Assembly: GCA_963722445.1 (NCBI GenBank)
Contig: CAVRMZ010000065.1
Span: 1 to 50,152 of the forward strand
Source: an uncultured Bacilli bacterium
Lineage (GTDB): Bacteria; Bacillota_I; Bacilli_A; RFN20; CAG-826
Length of the DNA: 50,152 nt
Reading direction: 5' to 3'
The notes beneath the pieces are model-generated. The model searched no databases, was not told the origin of the DNA, and worked only from the letters and a program-made list of their open reading frames with translations. Each line of letters starts with the position of its first letter. Within the stretch, counting starts at the first letter, position 1. The translations under genes were made by a program, and so were the position numbers. This document shows positions 37,932 to 47,266 of the stretch, piece after piece.

Positions 37932-38548
37932 TTCCCCATCCGTTCTTTGATTGCCTTATAGACGATTTCAGCTACCTCATCTTCGCTTTTGGCGGCGTCG
38001 ATGACGATGTAGCGTTTCGGAAAACGGGCTGCCAATTCATGGAAAGCGGTGCGAACCTTTTTGTGAAAGGGGAGTTTTTCAACATCCAGGCGATTGACCT
38101 CCCGCCCAGCGTTAGCCGCAATTCTTTTTAACCCGACTTCGGGATCAAGATCGAATAAAAGCGTGAGATCCGGTTCTAAGCCTTCGGTTGCGAAGAGGTT
38201 CATGGCCAAAACATTGTCAATGCCTAGGCCGCGGGCCCCGCCTTGGTAGGCCAAAGAAGAATCGATATAGCGATCGCACAAGATAAGGTCCCCTCTTTTA
38301 AGCGCGGGGAGAAGCTCTTTAACAAGGTGCTGCCTTCTCGCCGCCGCATATAAGAGGGCCTCGGTTCGCGGATCCATGTCCGTATTGCGTTTATCAAGGA
38401 TGATGTTGCGAATTTCTTCGCTGATGGCATCGCCTCCGGGCTCCCGCGTTAAAAAAACTTTATAGCCTTCGCCGATCAAGCGATCGGAAACCCGTTTGAC
38501 CGCGGTGCTTTTGCCAGAGCCTTCTCCGCCCTCAAATGTCACGAACAT
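37928..38548 (-). CDS. tmk: Thymidylate kinase
   Basis: FEGGEGSGKST, TREPGG and CDRYIDSSLAYQG motifs. Confidence 0.96.
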   Translation of the reverse strand: MFVTFEGGEGSGKSTAVKRVSDRLIGEGYKVFLTREPGGDAISEEIRNIILDKRNTDMDPRTEALLYAAARRQHLVKELLPALKRGDLILCDRYIDSSLAYQGGARGLGIDNVLAMNLFATEGLEPDLTLLFDLDPEVGLKRIAANAGREVNRLDVEKLPFHKKVRTAFHELAARFPKRYIVIDAAKSEDEVAEIVYKAIKERMGK

Positions 38549-39150
38549 CAGATGGCCTTCCTTCCCTCAAAAGCCTTGGTAAGGGTAAGGCTGTCGGCGT
38601 AATCAAGCGAGGATCCCATTGGGAGCCCATAGCCGAGCCTCGTGACTTTGACGTTGCGGCCTTCAAGCAATTTAGCGACGAATAAAGCGGTGGTCTCGCC
38701 ATCCAAAGTCGGATTGGTTGCCAGTATGACTTCTTTGACGTTCTCGTTTTTGATGCGGCCGAGCAAAGCATCGATGGTGAGATTCTCCTCTCCGATTCCT
38801 TTGGAAGGCGAAATGACGCCCCCCAGGACATGATAGGTTCCGACGTACGTATTCATTTTCTCAATGGCCACGGCGTCTTTGATATCGCTCACGACGCAAA
38901 TGGTCGAATGGTCGCGGTTAAGATCTTCGCAGATTTCGCATTTCTCTTTTTCGCCCTCGACATAAAGACCGCAGATTGGGCAGCGGTGGATTTTCGTCGA
39001 AACCGCCGCTAGGGCAGAAGAAAATTCTTCGCGATCTTCGTTTTTCATGGCTAAAACGGCATAGGCCATGCGTTCGGCGCTTTTAACGCCAACGCCTGGA
39101 AGTTTGCCAAAAGAGTCAATTAATGCGGCTACCGTTTGAAGTTCTTTCAT
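38548..39150 (-). CDS. recR: Recombination protein RecR
   Basis: LPGVGVKSAER HhH, C4 zinc finger, YHVLGG and TOPRIM motif EVILATNPTLDGETT. Start at MKELQ. Confidence 0.96.
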   Translation of the reverse strand: MKELQTVAALIDSFGKLPGVGVKSAERMAYAVLAMKNEDREEFSSALAAVSTKIHRCPICGLYVEGEKEKCEICEDLNRDHSTICVVSDIKDAVAIEKMNTYVGTYHVLGGVISPSKGIGEENLTIDALLGRIKNENVKEVILATNPTLDGETTALFVAKLLEGRNVKVTRLGYGLPMGSSLDYADSLTLTKAFEGRKAI

Positions 39151-39151
39151 C

Positions 39152-39457
39152 TTAGAATGGCAGCGCTCCCTTCCGGCCGGTGATACGCTCATCGATCGCA
39201 TCGCTTTCGGTCTTGATTTCTTGCAGGGCTTCGTTAAGAGCCATGACGATGGCTTCCTCGATCATCTCTTCGTTATCGGCGGTCAAAGCCTCATTTTCGA
39301 TTTTGAGGCTTTTTATCGTTTTGTCGCCTTTGACGACGAGTTCGACGATGCCGGCTTTTTTGACAACGAATTCTTTGGCGTCGAGTTCTTCGTGGGCTTT
39401 CACGAGTTCGCGTTGAAGGCGTTGGGCCTCCATCAGCATTTGCTGCATCTGATTCAT
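39152..39457 (-). CDS. YbaB/EbfC nucleoid-associated protein
   Basis: MNQMQQMLMEAQRLQ N-terminus, EMIEEAIVMALNEAL, and position between dnaX and recR. Confidence 0.9.
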   Translation of the reverse strand: MNQMQQMLMEAQRLQRELVKAHEELDAKEFVVKKAGIVELVVKGDKTIKSLKIENEALTADNEEMIEEAIVMALNEALQEIKTESDAIDERITGRKGALPF

Positions 39458-39472
39458 GGTTTTTCTCCTTTG

Positions 39473-41419
39473 TTATTTTGGAAGGTTAAGCTTGATATCG
39501 GCTTTTGCGGGAAGCTGATTGACTTCCTGAAGGTTGAAGAAAGCGGTCGTGATGCGATTTCGATCCGTAGGGTCAATCGCGTAAATGAAGACCTTTCTTC
39601 CTAAGACGGTAGCGAGAAGCTGTTCGAGCGGTTCTTGATTGGCAGCCACGTTGGCTTCGTTCTTCCTCCGCGTGAAGTTGTAAGCAAGAACGATTGCGTC
39701 TTTGCAGAGGCAAAAGGGATTCCCGTCGGAAAGGAGGGTGGCCAAATTGCCTAATTTGGGATCCACTTTGAGAGCGTCGAAGGCCTCCCATTTATCGACG
39801 AGGGCAATTCTTTCGTTTTTGTCGGCAAGCACCATGATTTTTATGATTTCATCGTCAGACAAGGTGTTCTGATCGCCCGCAATGGCGATAGCGGGTTTTG
39901 TTACGCTCGTGATATCAAGAGACGGGCTTGGACGAACGACTGCCGGTGCTGGATCGGGCAGCGGCGCCGAATCCGAGATTGGCGTTGCTTCAACTTTTGG
40001 GGCAATGGTTTCTTTGGCCGTTTCTTTATTTTTGCTTTTCGAGGATTTCTTGGTCGGAACCGCCGTCGGTTTAACTTCTTCAGGCGTCTTTTCTTCTTCG
40101 AAAAGAAAATCCGGCGGGGTCTCGGCTTTGATGGGTCCGGGAGCGGGAGAAACCTGAACTTGTTGCACCATGACAGGGGCGGGGGTTGAAACCGAGACAT
40201 CTTTTTTCGGAGTTTCGGCTTCAGCCGTTGGCTTAGGGCTTGGTTGAATGGATGGCTGAATTATTTTTTTAGGCTCAGGGGTCGTTTCTTTTTTCGGCGC
40301 GGGTTTGGTTTCTTCCGGAATTTGAATCGCAGGAGCGGAGGAATCGCTGCGAGCGGCCATTCTTAGAAGCGTAAGTTCGAAAAGAGAACGGATATCGCTC
40401 ACATTCCGGAAATCGTTTTGGGCGTCGATCAAGGAAGTGATCATCTCGTCGCAATCCTTTACGGAGAGGGTTTTCATTAAGGAAGTAGCCTCTTCGACGG
40501 TCATTTCCTCAAGAAGAGTGGCATCGGATGTTTTCTCAAAAATCAAAAGGTCTTTGAGAATGGAGATCAACTCCGAAACGAGACGTCTTACATCGATCCC
40601 AGCGGCAAGATAGGCTTCGCTTTTGCCGACGACGCGAGTGACGTCACCTTGTTTGATCGCATTGAGCAAATCAATTTTTTCGTCTTCGCTGGCCAGCCCG
40701 AAAATCGTCAAAACATCGTCTTCGCGGAGCTTGTTATTGGAATAAGCCAAAACCTGATCGAGAATCGACAAAGCATCGCGCATGCCGCCATCGGCCAATT
40801 TGATGATGGCTTTTAAACCGCCCTCGTCGTAATCGGTTTTTTCGGCAGCTAACACTTCTTTGAGTTTTCCTTCCATTTCTTCGCTGGTCAGTTTGGTGAA
40901 ATCAAAGCGCTGGCAACGGGAAAGAATGGTTGGGATGACTTTGTATGGCTCGGTGGTGCAAAGAATGAAAATGACATTCTCGGGAGGTTCTTCAAGAGTC
41001 TTTAGAAGAGCATTGAAAGCCCCCGTCGACATCATATGAACCTCGTCGATGATATAAACCTTATAGCGCCCTTTGATGGGGGCGTACTTGACCTTTTCGA
41101 TTAAATCGCGGACCTGGTCCACTCCGTTATTGGAAGCCGCATCGATTTCAATGACGTCGGGATGGGTCCCATCGGTGATCGCTTGGCAGTTTGAGCATTT
41201 GTTGCATTGATGCCCAATGCCTTCTTCACAATCAAGAGCCTTGGCAAACAGCCGTGCCATCGTTGTTTTCCCCGTTCCGCGAGGCCCGGCGAAAAGGTAA
41301 GCGTGGGCGATTTTATCGGAAGCAAGGGCGTTCGTGAGCGTCCTGACAATGGGTTTTTGGCCTGCCACCTCGTCAAATGTCTGGGGTCGATAGGTTAGAT
41401 AGAGTGCTTTATATGACAT
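39473..41419 (-). CDS. dnaX: DNA polymerase III tau/gamma subunit
   Basis: YRPQTF, GPRGTGKT, EIDAASN, DEVHM, LLKTLEEPP and GGMRDA motifs, with a Pro-rich linker. Confidence 0.96.
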   Translation of the reverse strand: MSYKALYLTYRPQTFDEVAGQKPIVRTLTNALASDKIAHAYLFAGPRGTGKTTMARLFAKALDCEEGIGHQCNKCSNCQAITDGTHPDVIEIDAASNNGVDQVRDLIEKVKYAPIKGRYKVYIIDEVHMMSTGAFNALLKTLEEPPENVIFILCTTEPYKVIPTILSRCQRFDFTKLTSEEMEGKLKEVLAAEKTDYDEGGLKAIIKLADGGMRDALSILDQVLAYSNNKLREDDVLTIFGLASEDEKIDLLNAIKQGDVTRVVGKSEAYLAAGIDVRRLVSELISILKDLLIFEKTSDATLLEEMTVEEATSLMKTLSVKDCDEMITSLIDAQNDFRNVSDIRSLFELTLLRMAARSDSSAPAIQIPEETKPAPKKETTPEPKKIIQPSIQPSPKPTAEAETPKKDVSVSTPAPVMVQQVQVSPAPGPIKAETPPDFLFEEEKTPEEVKPTAVPTKKSSKSKNKETAKETIAPKVEATPISDSAPLPDPAPAVVRPSPSLDITSVTKPAIAIAGDQNTLSDDEIIKIMVLADKNERIALVDKWEAFDALKVDPKLGNLATLLSDGNPFCLCKDAIVLAYNFTRRKNEANVAANQEPLEQLLATVLGRKVFIYAIDPTDRNRITTAFFNLQEVNQLPAKADIKLNLPK

Positions 41420-41539
41420 GATGAATACCGCCTTCGATTATACCTATTAACCTTCGTTCCCACTAGCAAGAAATGAGGCATTGGAAGCCTTCTTCATGGG
41501 CCCTTTGTATGGTATAATCGCCACGCATCGAGGTTATCT

Positions 41540-42637
41540 ATGGAAGAAAGCATGCGCAAGAGGCTTGAAGCCATTAAAAAAAGGCACGAGGGAATCGACG
41601 TTGATTTGGCTGATCCAGCCCTTGTGAACGATATAGCGAGATTGACCTCCCTTTCAAAAGAAAGGGCCTCTCTTGACGATGCCTACTCCGATTACCTTCA
41701 TTACCTGAAACTTGAAAGCGATCTCAAGGAAGCCATTGATGCCAGCCAAGGTTCGGATAAAGAACTGGCTGAGCTCATGAAGGAAGAAAAACATCGCCTC
41801 GAGACCGAAATGACGGAAATTGAAGAACGGCTCCATACCGTGCTGATTCCCGTTGATCCCAACGACAAGAAAAACATCATCGTCGAGATTCGAGGGGCCG
41901 TCGGGGGCGACGAGGCCAACATTTTCGCCGGCGATTTATTGCGAATGTATACAAGATATGCCGAGAGTCAAGGCTGGAAGGTCCAATTTCTCGATGGGGA
42001 ACCCGGCTCAGCCGGTGGCTATTCCTATGTTTCTTTCATGGTCAAAGGTGAAAACGTTTATTCCAAACTCAAATTCGAATCCGGGGCCCATCGCGTTCAA
42101 AGAGTTCCAGCCACCGAAGCCTCGGGCCGCATTCAGACTTCGACCGCGACCGTCCTTGTCATGCCGGAAGCCGAAGAAGTGGACGTCAAAATAAATCCGG
42201 CCGATTTGAAAGTCGATACTTATCGAAGCCAGGGCGCAGGCGGGCAAAACGTCAACAAAACCGAGTCGGCGGTCCGGGTTACGCATATCCCGACGGGCAT
42301 CGTCGTGAGCTGCCAAACCGAAAAGGCTCAGCTTCAGAATAAGGAAATCTGCATGCGGATGATTCGGGCCAAGGTCCGGGATTTTTACCAGTCGAAGCAG
42401 GACGACGCTAGGGCCTCGGAGCGAAAGCTCAAGGTAGGAACCGGAGAAAGGTCCGAGAAAATCCGAACGTATAATTATCCTCAAAACCGGGTGACCGATC
42501 ATCGCATCGGTTTCACGATCAATACCTTGGACCGCGTAATGGAAGGGGAGATGGAGCCCATCATCGACGCTCTTATTCACTTTGATCAAGAGCAAAAGCT
42601 CCTAGAAAGCGAGAAGAAAGATGCCGACTATCGGTGA
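41540..42637 (+). CDS. prfA: Peptide chain release factor 1
   Basis: GAGGQNVN, ESGAHRVQRVPATE (PxT) and RTYNYPQNRVTDHR motifs; followed by prmC. Confidence 0.97.
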   Translation: MEESMRKRLEAIKKRHEGIDVDLADPALVNDIARLTSLSKERASLDDAYSDYLHYLKLESDLKEAIDASQGSDKELAELMKEEKHRLETEMTEIEERLHTVLIPVDPNDKKNIIVEIRGAVGGDEANIFAGDLLRMYTRYAESQGWKVQFLDGEPGSAGGYSYVSFMVKGENVYSKLKFESGAHRVQRVPATEASGRIQTSTATVLVMPEAEEVDVKINPADLKVDTYRSQGAGGQNVNKTESAVRVTHIPTGIVVSCQTEKAQLQNKEICMRMIRAKVRDFYQSKQDDARASERKLKVGTGERSEKIRTYNYPQNRVTDHRIGFTINTLDRVMEGEMEPIIDALIHFDQEQKLLESEKKDADYR

Positions 42638-43466
42638 GGCTTATAAAAAAGCTTATGAGAAAGGCAAAGATCGTGGCGTGACGCCAATTGACCTTCGTCT
42701 TCTTCTCGTAAAGGATGAGGGTCTTAAAGAGCAAATCGATGTTATTCTCGACAAAGATCGGGAAATGAAAACCGCCCCGCTTTTCGAAAGCCAAGTGAAT
42801 CGGCTCATCCAAGGCGAGCCCGTCGAATACGTCATCAACCAAGCCTCTTTTTTGGGACACGAGCTTTATGTCGATAAACGCGTTTTGATTCCACGAAGCG
42901 AAACCGAGGAACTGGTGGCTGCGATCACCGAAAAGATCAGCGATTACTTCGATCCGAGGAACTACCTCGTTTGCGCCGATATCGGAACTGGATCCGGAGC
43001 CATCGCCATCGCCCTCAAAGAATTTTTCCCGCATTGGATCCTGCTCGCCAGCGATACCTCCAAGGACGCTTTGGAAGTCGCCAAGAAAAATTTTGAAAGC
43101 ACCAATACCCGGGCGGAGGTTTATCTCGGGGATGCCTTAACGCCTTATATCGACAATCGGATCAATCTTGATATCATCGTCTCCAATCCTCCTTATATCG
43201 AGAATAAAGAAAACGCTCAGGCCTCCGTGCGGGACTATGAACCGGCTTCCGCCCTTTGGCTCGACAAAAGCCACAGCGTTTATGAATCCATCTTTAAGAA
43301 TTGCCTAAAAGTTAAGAAAGGATCGCTCTTCATGGCTTTTGAGATTTCCCCCGATCTTGTGGACTGGCTCGCTGGTATGATGAATAAGGAAATCCCCGGC
43401 AGCGAATTTTGCTTCCGCAAAGACCTTAATGGGTTAGAGAGATTTCTCTTCGTTTATTTGAAATAA
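42621..43466 (+). CDS. prmC: Release factor glutamine methyltransferase
   Basis: LIPRSETEEL, DIGTGSGAIA and SNPPY motifs. Confidence 0.95.
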   Translation: MPTIGEAYKKAYEKGKDRGVTPIDLRLLLVKDEGLKEQIDVILDKDREMKTAPLFESQVNRLIQGEPVEYVINQASFLGHELYVDKRVLIPRSETEELVAAITEKISDYFDPRNYLVCADIGTGSGAIAIALKEFFPHWILLASDTSKDALEVAKKNFESTNTRAEVYLGDALTPYIDNRINLDIIVSNPPYIENKENAQASVRDYEPASALWLDKSHSVYESIFKNCLKVKKGSLFMAFEISPDLVDWLAGMMNKEIPGSEFCFRKDLNGLERFLFVYLK

Positions 43467-43479
43467 AAGGACATCAAAA

Positions 43480-44106
43480 ATGAAAGAACCAATGAAAGAG
43501 CTGACGGAAAGAAACATCGAGGAAGCGGCTAGCGTTCTTCGCTATGGCGAAGTTTTAGCCTTCCCGACCGAAACCGTCTATGGCGTTGGCGTGGTGTATG
43601 ACAGCAAAGTCGCTTTCGAAAAACTCGTTTCTTTGAAGAAGCGTCCCCCGAACAAGCCTTTCGCCCTTATGTGCTCATCGCTGAAGCAGGCCTGTTCCTA
43701 TATTGAAGCCGGGCCTAAGGCCAAGGCCATCATGGAGCAATACCTCCCTGGGGAATTGACCGTTCTCGTGAAGGCCAAGGAAGGCCTGCCGGAGTGGGTC
43801 ACCCTTGGTACTGGAATCATCGGGATCCGAGTCCCGGACTCGGAGTTCGTATGCCGGATGATCGAAAGCGTTGGGAAACCATGCTTAGTCACCTCCGCCA
43901 ATATTTCGGGGCAGCCGACCTCCAAATACTACGAAGAAGTCAAAAGAATCTTCGACAATCAAGTCGGAGGCATCGTCAAAGGCGAATGCAAGTCCCTTGT
44001 CCCAACCACGATCGTGGATCTCACAAGCGAAACCGGGATCAAGCTTGTTCGCGAGGGGCCGATTCCCTTTGCCAAACTCGAAAAGACATGGAGGGAAGCT
44101 AAATAA
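43480..44106 (+). CDS. tsaC: L-threonylcarbamoyladenylate synthase (TsaC/Sua5, short form)
   Basis: FPTETVYG, KKRPPNKP and TSANISG motifs. Confidence 0.93.
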   Translation: MKEPMKELTERNIEEAASVLRYGEVLAFPTETVYGVGVVYDSKVAFEKLVSLKKRPPNKPFALMCSSLKQACSYIEAGPKAKAIMEQYLPGELTVLVKAKEGLPEWVTLGTGIIGIRVPDSEFVCRMIESVGKPCLVTSANISGQPTSKYYEEVKRIFDNQVGGIVKGECKSLVPTTIVDLTSETGIKLVREGPIPFAKLEKTWREAK

Positions 44107-44549
44107 TGAAAATAGCGGTGGGAAGCGATCACGCGGGCTTCGAGCTTAAGGAAGCCATAAAAAAACACCTGATTGACGAAGGCTATGAGGTCATGGACGA
44201 AGGCACTCATTCCTTAGACCGGGTCGATTATCCGATTTTCGGAGCCAAAGTCGCTCACGACGTTGTCGAGGGCAAGGTGGTTTTCGGAATCGTTTGCTGT
44301 GGCTCTGGCGAAGGAATCTCCATCGCCGCCAACAAGATCAAAGGCATTCGCTGCGGGATCGGCTATAACGATGAGGTCTCGCGTTTGCTTAGAGCGCATA
44401 ACGACGCCAACATGATCGCGTTCGCAGGACGCTTCATGACCCCAAACGAGGTACTGCCTCGGGTCGACATGTTCCTCACGACGCCCTTTGATGGGGGTCG
44501 CCATCTTTCACGAGTTCAGGAAATCAAAGATCTGGAAGATAAGTTCTGA
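44106..44549 (+). CDS. rpiB: Ribose-5-phosphate isomerase B
   Basis: GSDHAG, CGSGEG, ANKIKGIR, HNDAN and FDGGRH motifs. Confidence 0.94.
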   Translation: MKIAVGSDHAGFELKEAIKKHLIDEGYEVMDEGTHSLDRVDYPIFGAKVAHDVVEGKVVFGIVCCGSGEGISIAANKIKGIRCGIGYNDEVSRLLRAHNDANMIAFAGRFMTPNEVLPRVDMFLTTPFDGGRHLSRVQEIKDLEDKF

Positions 44550-44566
44550 GCGTTTTCGGATGATGA

Positions 44567-44593
44567 AAGAGCCCCTCAAAAAGGGCTTTTTTT
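44567..44593 (+). terminator. Terminator after rpiB
   Basis: AAGAGCCC..GGGCTTTT followed by TTT. Confidence 0.7.
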
Positions 44594-44627
44594 GGGTTCA
44601 AACGGCAAGCAAAGGCTAAGTATTAGC

Positions 44628-45782
44628 GTGAGCATCGAAGAGAGTTACGTCTGCCCCCGTTGCGGGAACGCCGACCCCCGGTATCTAGGCAAAAAAGGAG
44701 GTTTGCCTTATTGCCGGAAGTGCATCTCCTTCCTCGGCACGGAGGCAAGCGGGCTCCCTTCCTCACCTAAGGCCGCCCCGCTCAACCTTTATTATTCGCT
44801 ATCTCAAGAGCAACGTTCCCTTTCGCTACGGATCATCCAGAATTTCGCTTCGGGGATCGACACCCTTGTTTATGCCGTATGCGGGGCCGGCAAAACCGAA
44901 CTGGTCTATGGGGTTATTTCCTTAGCGATAACTCATGGCCTGAAAGTCGGATTTGCTTTGCCGCGAAGAGACGTTGTCATCGAATTATTTTGGCGCCTCA
45001 AAGAAGCCTTCCCCCAAAACAAAGTCGTGGCGGTTTATGGCGAGCATACCTTTGCCTTGGAAGGAGATGTGGTGCTTCTCACCACCCACCAGCTTTATCG
45101 CTATCCGCATTATTTCGATCTTTTGGTCATGGATGAGATCGATGCCTTCCCCTTTAAGGGCAGCGACCTTCTCATGGCGATGTTTTTCCGGTCGGTAAAA
45201 GGGCATTTCATCATGATGAGCGCCACGCCCAGCCCGGAGACCCTTGAGGAATTTCAGAAACCAGGCCATGACATCGTCGAGCTAAGAACCCGGTTTCACA
45301 AAAAGCCGATCCCGCTTCCGTCGGTCGTTTTGCTGCCGAGGATGCTCCAAGCCCTTCACATCATCAAAAAACTACGGGGGTATTTCAAAGAGAACAAGCC
45401 GTGTTTTGTTTTCACGCCTTCAATTGCGGAAAGCGAAGAACTTTTCCAAACAGTCTCGCCTTTTGCCAAGGAAGGCAACTTTGTCAATAGCCGTCTTGAC
45501 AATCGCGAAGAGTCCATTGCCTCTTTCAAAGAGGGGAAACTAAAGTATCTTGTGACGACTTCCGTGTTGGAAAGAGGTGTCACGATCAAGAATTTGCAAG
45601 TTCTTGTCTACCATAGCGACGATGAGAGGATCTATGATTCCGCGGCTCTTATTCAAATGGCGGGTCGGGTTGGGCGGAAAAGCGAAGCCCCCGGTGGGGA
45701 AGTGATTTTCTTAGGGGAGAAGAAGACGAAGGCAATGGAAGCCGCCATCAGGGAAATTCGCTTTTGCAATGGCTTTCTGTAA
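44628..45782 (+). CDS. comFA: Competence DEAD/DEAH helicase ComFA
   Basis: N-terminal CPRC..YCRKC, AVCGAGKT, PRRDVVIEL, DEID, LERGVT and QMAGRVGR motifs. GTG start assumed. Confidence 0.92.
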   Translation: MSIEESYVCPRCGNADPRYLGKKGGLPYCRKCISFLGTEASGLPSSPKAAPLNLYYSLSQEQRSLSLRIIQNFASGIDTLVYAVCGAGKTELVYGVISLAITHGLKVGFALPRRDVVIELFWRLKEAFPQNKVVAVYGEHTFALEGDVVLLTTHQLYRYPHYFDLLVMDEIDAFPFKGSDLLMAMFFRSVKGHFIMMSATPSPETLEEFQKPGHDIVELRTRFHKKPIPLPSVVLLPRMLQALHIIKKLRGYFKENKPCFVFTPSIAESEELFQTVSPFAKEGNFVNSRLDNREESIASFKEGKLKYLVTTSVLERGVTIKNLQVLVYHSDDERIYDSAALIQMAGRVGRKSEAPGGEVIFLGEKKTKAMEAAIREIRFCNGFL

Positions 45783-45837
45783 GGTTTGTTTCAAAGAATT
45801 CACAATCCCAAGTTGGCGGCGCTTTTTCGGGGGTTGA
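45769..45837 (+). pseudogene. comFC: 5' stub of comFC, cut at the junction
   Basis: Hand translation MAFCKVCFKEFTIPSWRRFF-GG-stop gives a CxxC start overlapping the comFA stop, as in comFA-comFC operons. Confidence 0.7.
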
Positions 45838-46903
45838 CGACCCCCACAACAAGAGCGTGCTGTTCAGCGTGGAAGCCTACGAGCAGGCGAATGCCGCCAA
45901 GTTCACGGATGGGCTGTTCTGCGTGGTGTTTGACGAAAAAGAAAAGCACTTCACACAAATCCCCTTGTCGCGGATCAACGGCATCCAGTGTAATCCGAAT
46001 GACCCGATGGACTTGTGGGCAATCCAGACTACTTGGAACGGCAACCCGCAAACGTGGATCAAACTGGCACGCAACCGAGAGCGCACCCTGAAGTTGCAGT
46101 CTGGTGAAACAGTGGCGCGTTCAGTTCGGGCTTACGTGAGTCATACGAAGCGACAGTCGGGTTGGACTCTCGGTGTGCCTGACTCACTGGCAGGGCACAT
46201 TTGGGTGCTCACCTACAACGCTTACCTCCGTGACAACGCCGAGTTGGTTCACGCTTTGTCGAAGATCGCCTGGAAGATCACGACCCCGAGTGCTGCCGCC
46301 AACCAGAAGGCCGCGGGTGTAGTTGAGGGTTCTGGTGGTGGTATTGGCGGGACATTTGCCTCCAACGGTGAACTTGCTGGTGTCGGTGTGCCGTCCGCTC
46401 AAGTGAACTTCAACAACGGGCAGCCCCTCGCAGCCCTCGTAGCAACCTCGTACGGTGTGCCGGTGATTGCGTTACTGTCCTCCCCTGGTGCGACTGGTGG
46501 CTCCTACGGCGCGGCAACTACTCTGGATGCCCCAACGTTGAAAGGCTTTGAGGCTGTTCAAGACTCGTGGGTGCTGTTTTACGAGGAAATCTTGAAAGAC
46601 TTGGGCGCGAAAGAAGTGGAAGTGTCATTCCCCACAATCAGCAACGACCCCGAATACCGTCAAGTGAACTCGATTCTAGCGGCGATTGAGGGTGGAACTG
46701 TGTGGCGTGAGGAAGGTCGAGACGTGATCCTCGATATTCTCAACATGCAGAAGCAGAAGGAAGGGCTACCTCCGCTACAGGACCACCCTGATAAGAGTGG
46801 CACGATTGTGACGGGTTCAGCGGTGTCTAAACCGGGCGCTCCAGCAAAGGGTGCGGCGCAGTTGAAAGACGCCCCCACAAACCACGACAATGACGACAAA
46901 TAA
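45829..46903 (+). CDS. Phage portal protein, 5'-truncated, actinobacteriophage-like
   Basis: GWTLGVPD, ALSKIAWK, NGQPLAALVA, LLSSPG.TG and TLDAPT motifs resemble actinophage siphovirus portals as I recall them. The first 22 aa of the tracked ORF are host sequence. Confidence 0.65.
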
Positions 46904-46921
46904 CGTGGTACAATAGGGCAT

Positions 46922-47266
46922 ATGACGACTACTACGCACACGATGGAAGTGTCTGAGAGCGCCAGCGCTCTCGGCACTGTCACGGGTAAACGCCGCTGGA
47001 AGGCGCGCCTGATTGGAACGGGCCGAGGAAGTAAGGCTCTCTACACTCAGGAAGCCATGTCTACAGCGGCAGCGGCGTTCCCGATCGGCACAAAAGTGAA
47101 CGCGGATCACATGTCGTGGCGTGAGAAGGACGAGCGCCCCGAAGGTAGTATCACCCGCATGATTGGCGTGATCGCTACTGAGCCTGTGGCCGAAGCAGAC
47201 GGAGCTTACGCAGAAGTGGAGTTCACTGAAGAGTGGGCTCCCACGATTGAGCAAATCGCTCCCTTC
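46922..47266 (+). CDS. Phage capsid maturation protease/scaffold, 3'-truncated
   Basis: RLIGTGRGS..Y, FPIGT..NADH, ERPEGS and IEQIAPF motifs, directly after the portal. Confidence 0.6.

Noticed and set aside
40195-40300. A6G runs in dnaX that might be a -1 frameshift site producing gamma
   Set aside because: They are phased CCG AAA AAA GAx rather than A AAA AAG, and the A runs are too short for T. thermophilus-type slippage.
41420-41539. SRP RNA expected upstream of dnaX, as in B. subtilis
   Set aside because: The 120-bp gap has no SRP motif, only divergent promoter boxes.
260-45828. Mollicute-type TGA=Trp recoding, suggested by the Mycoplasma-like Opp inserts
   Set aside because: TGA ends genes at their expected C-termini (for example oppA and holB), and conserved Trp residues use TGG.
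45829-47266. A genuine prophage integrated in comFC
   Set aside because: It starts and ends mid-gene, with no integrase or att sites, and is followed by DNA from a third organism.
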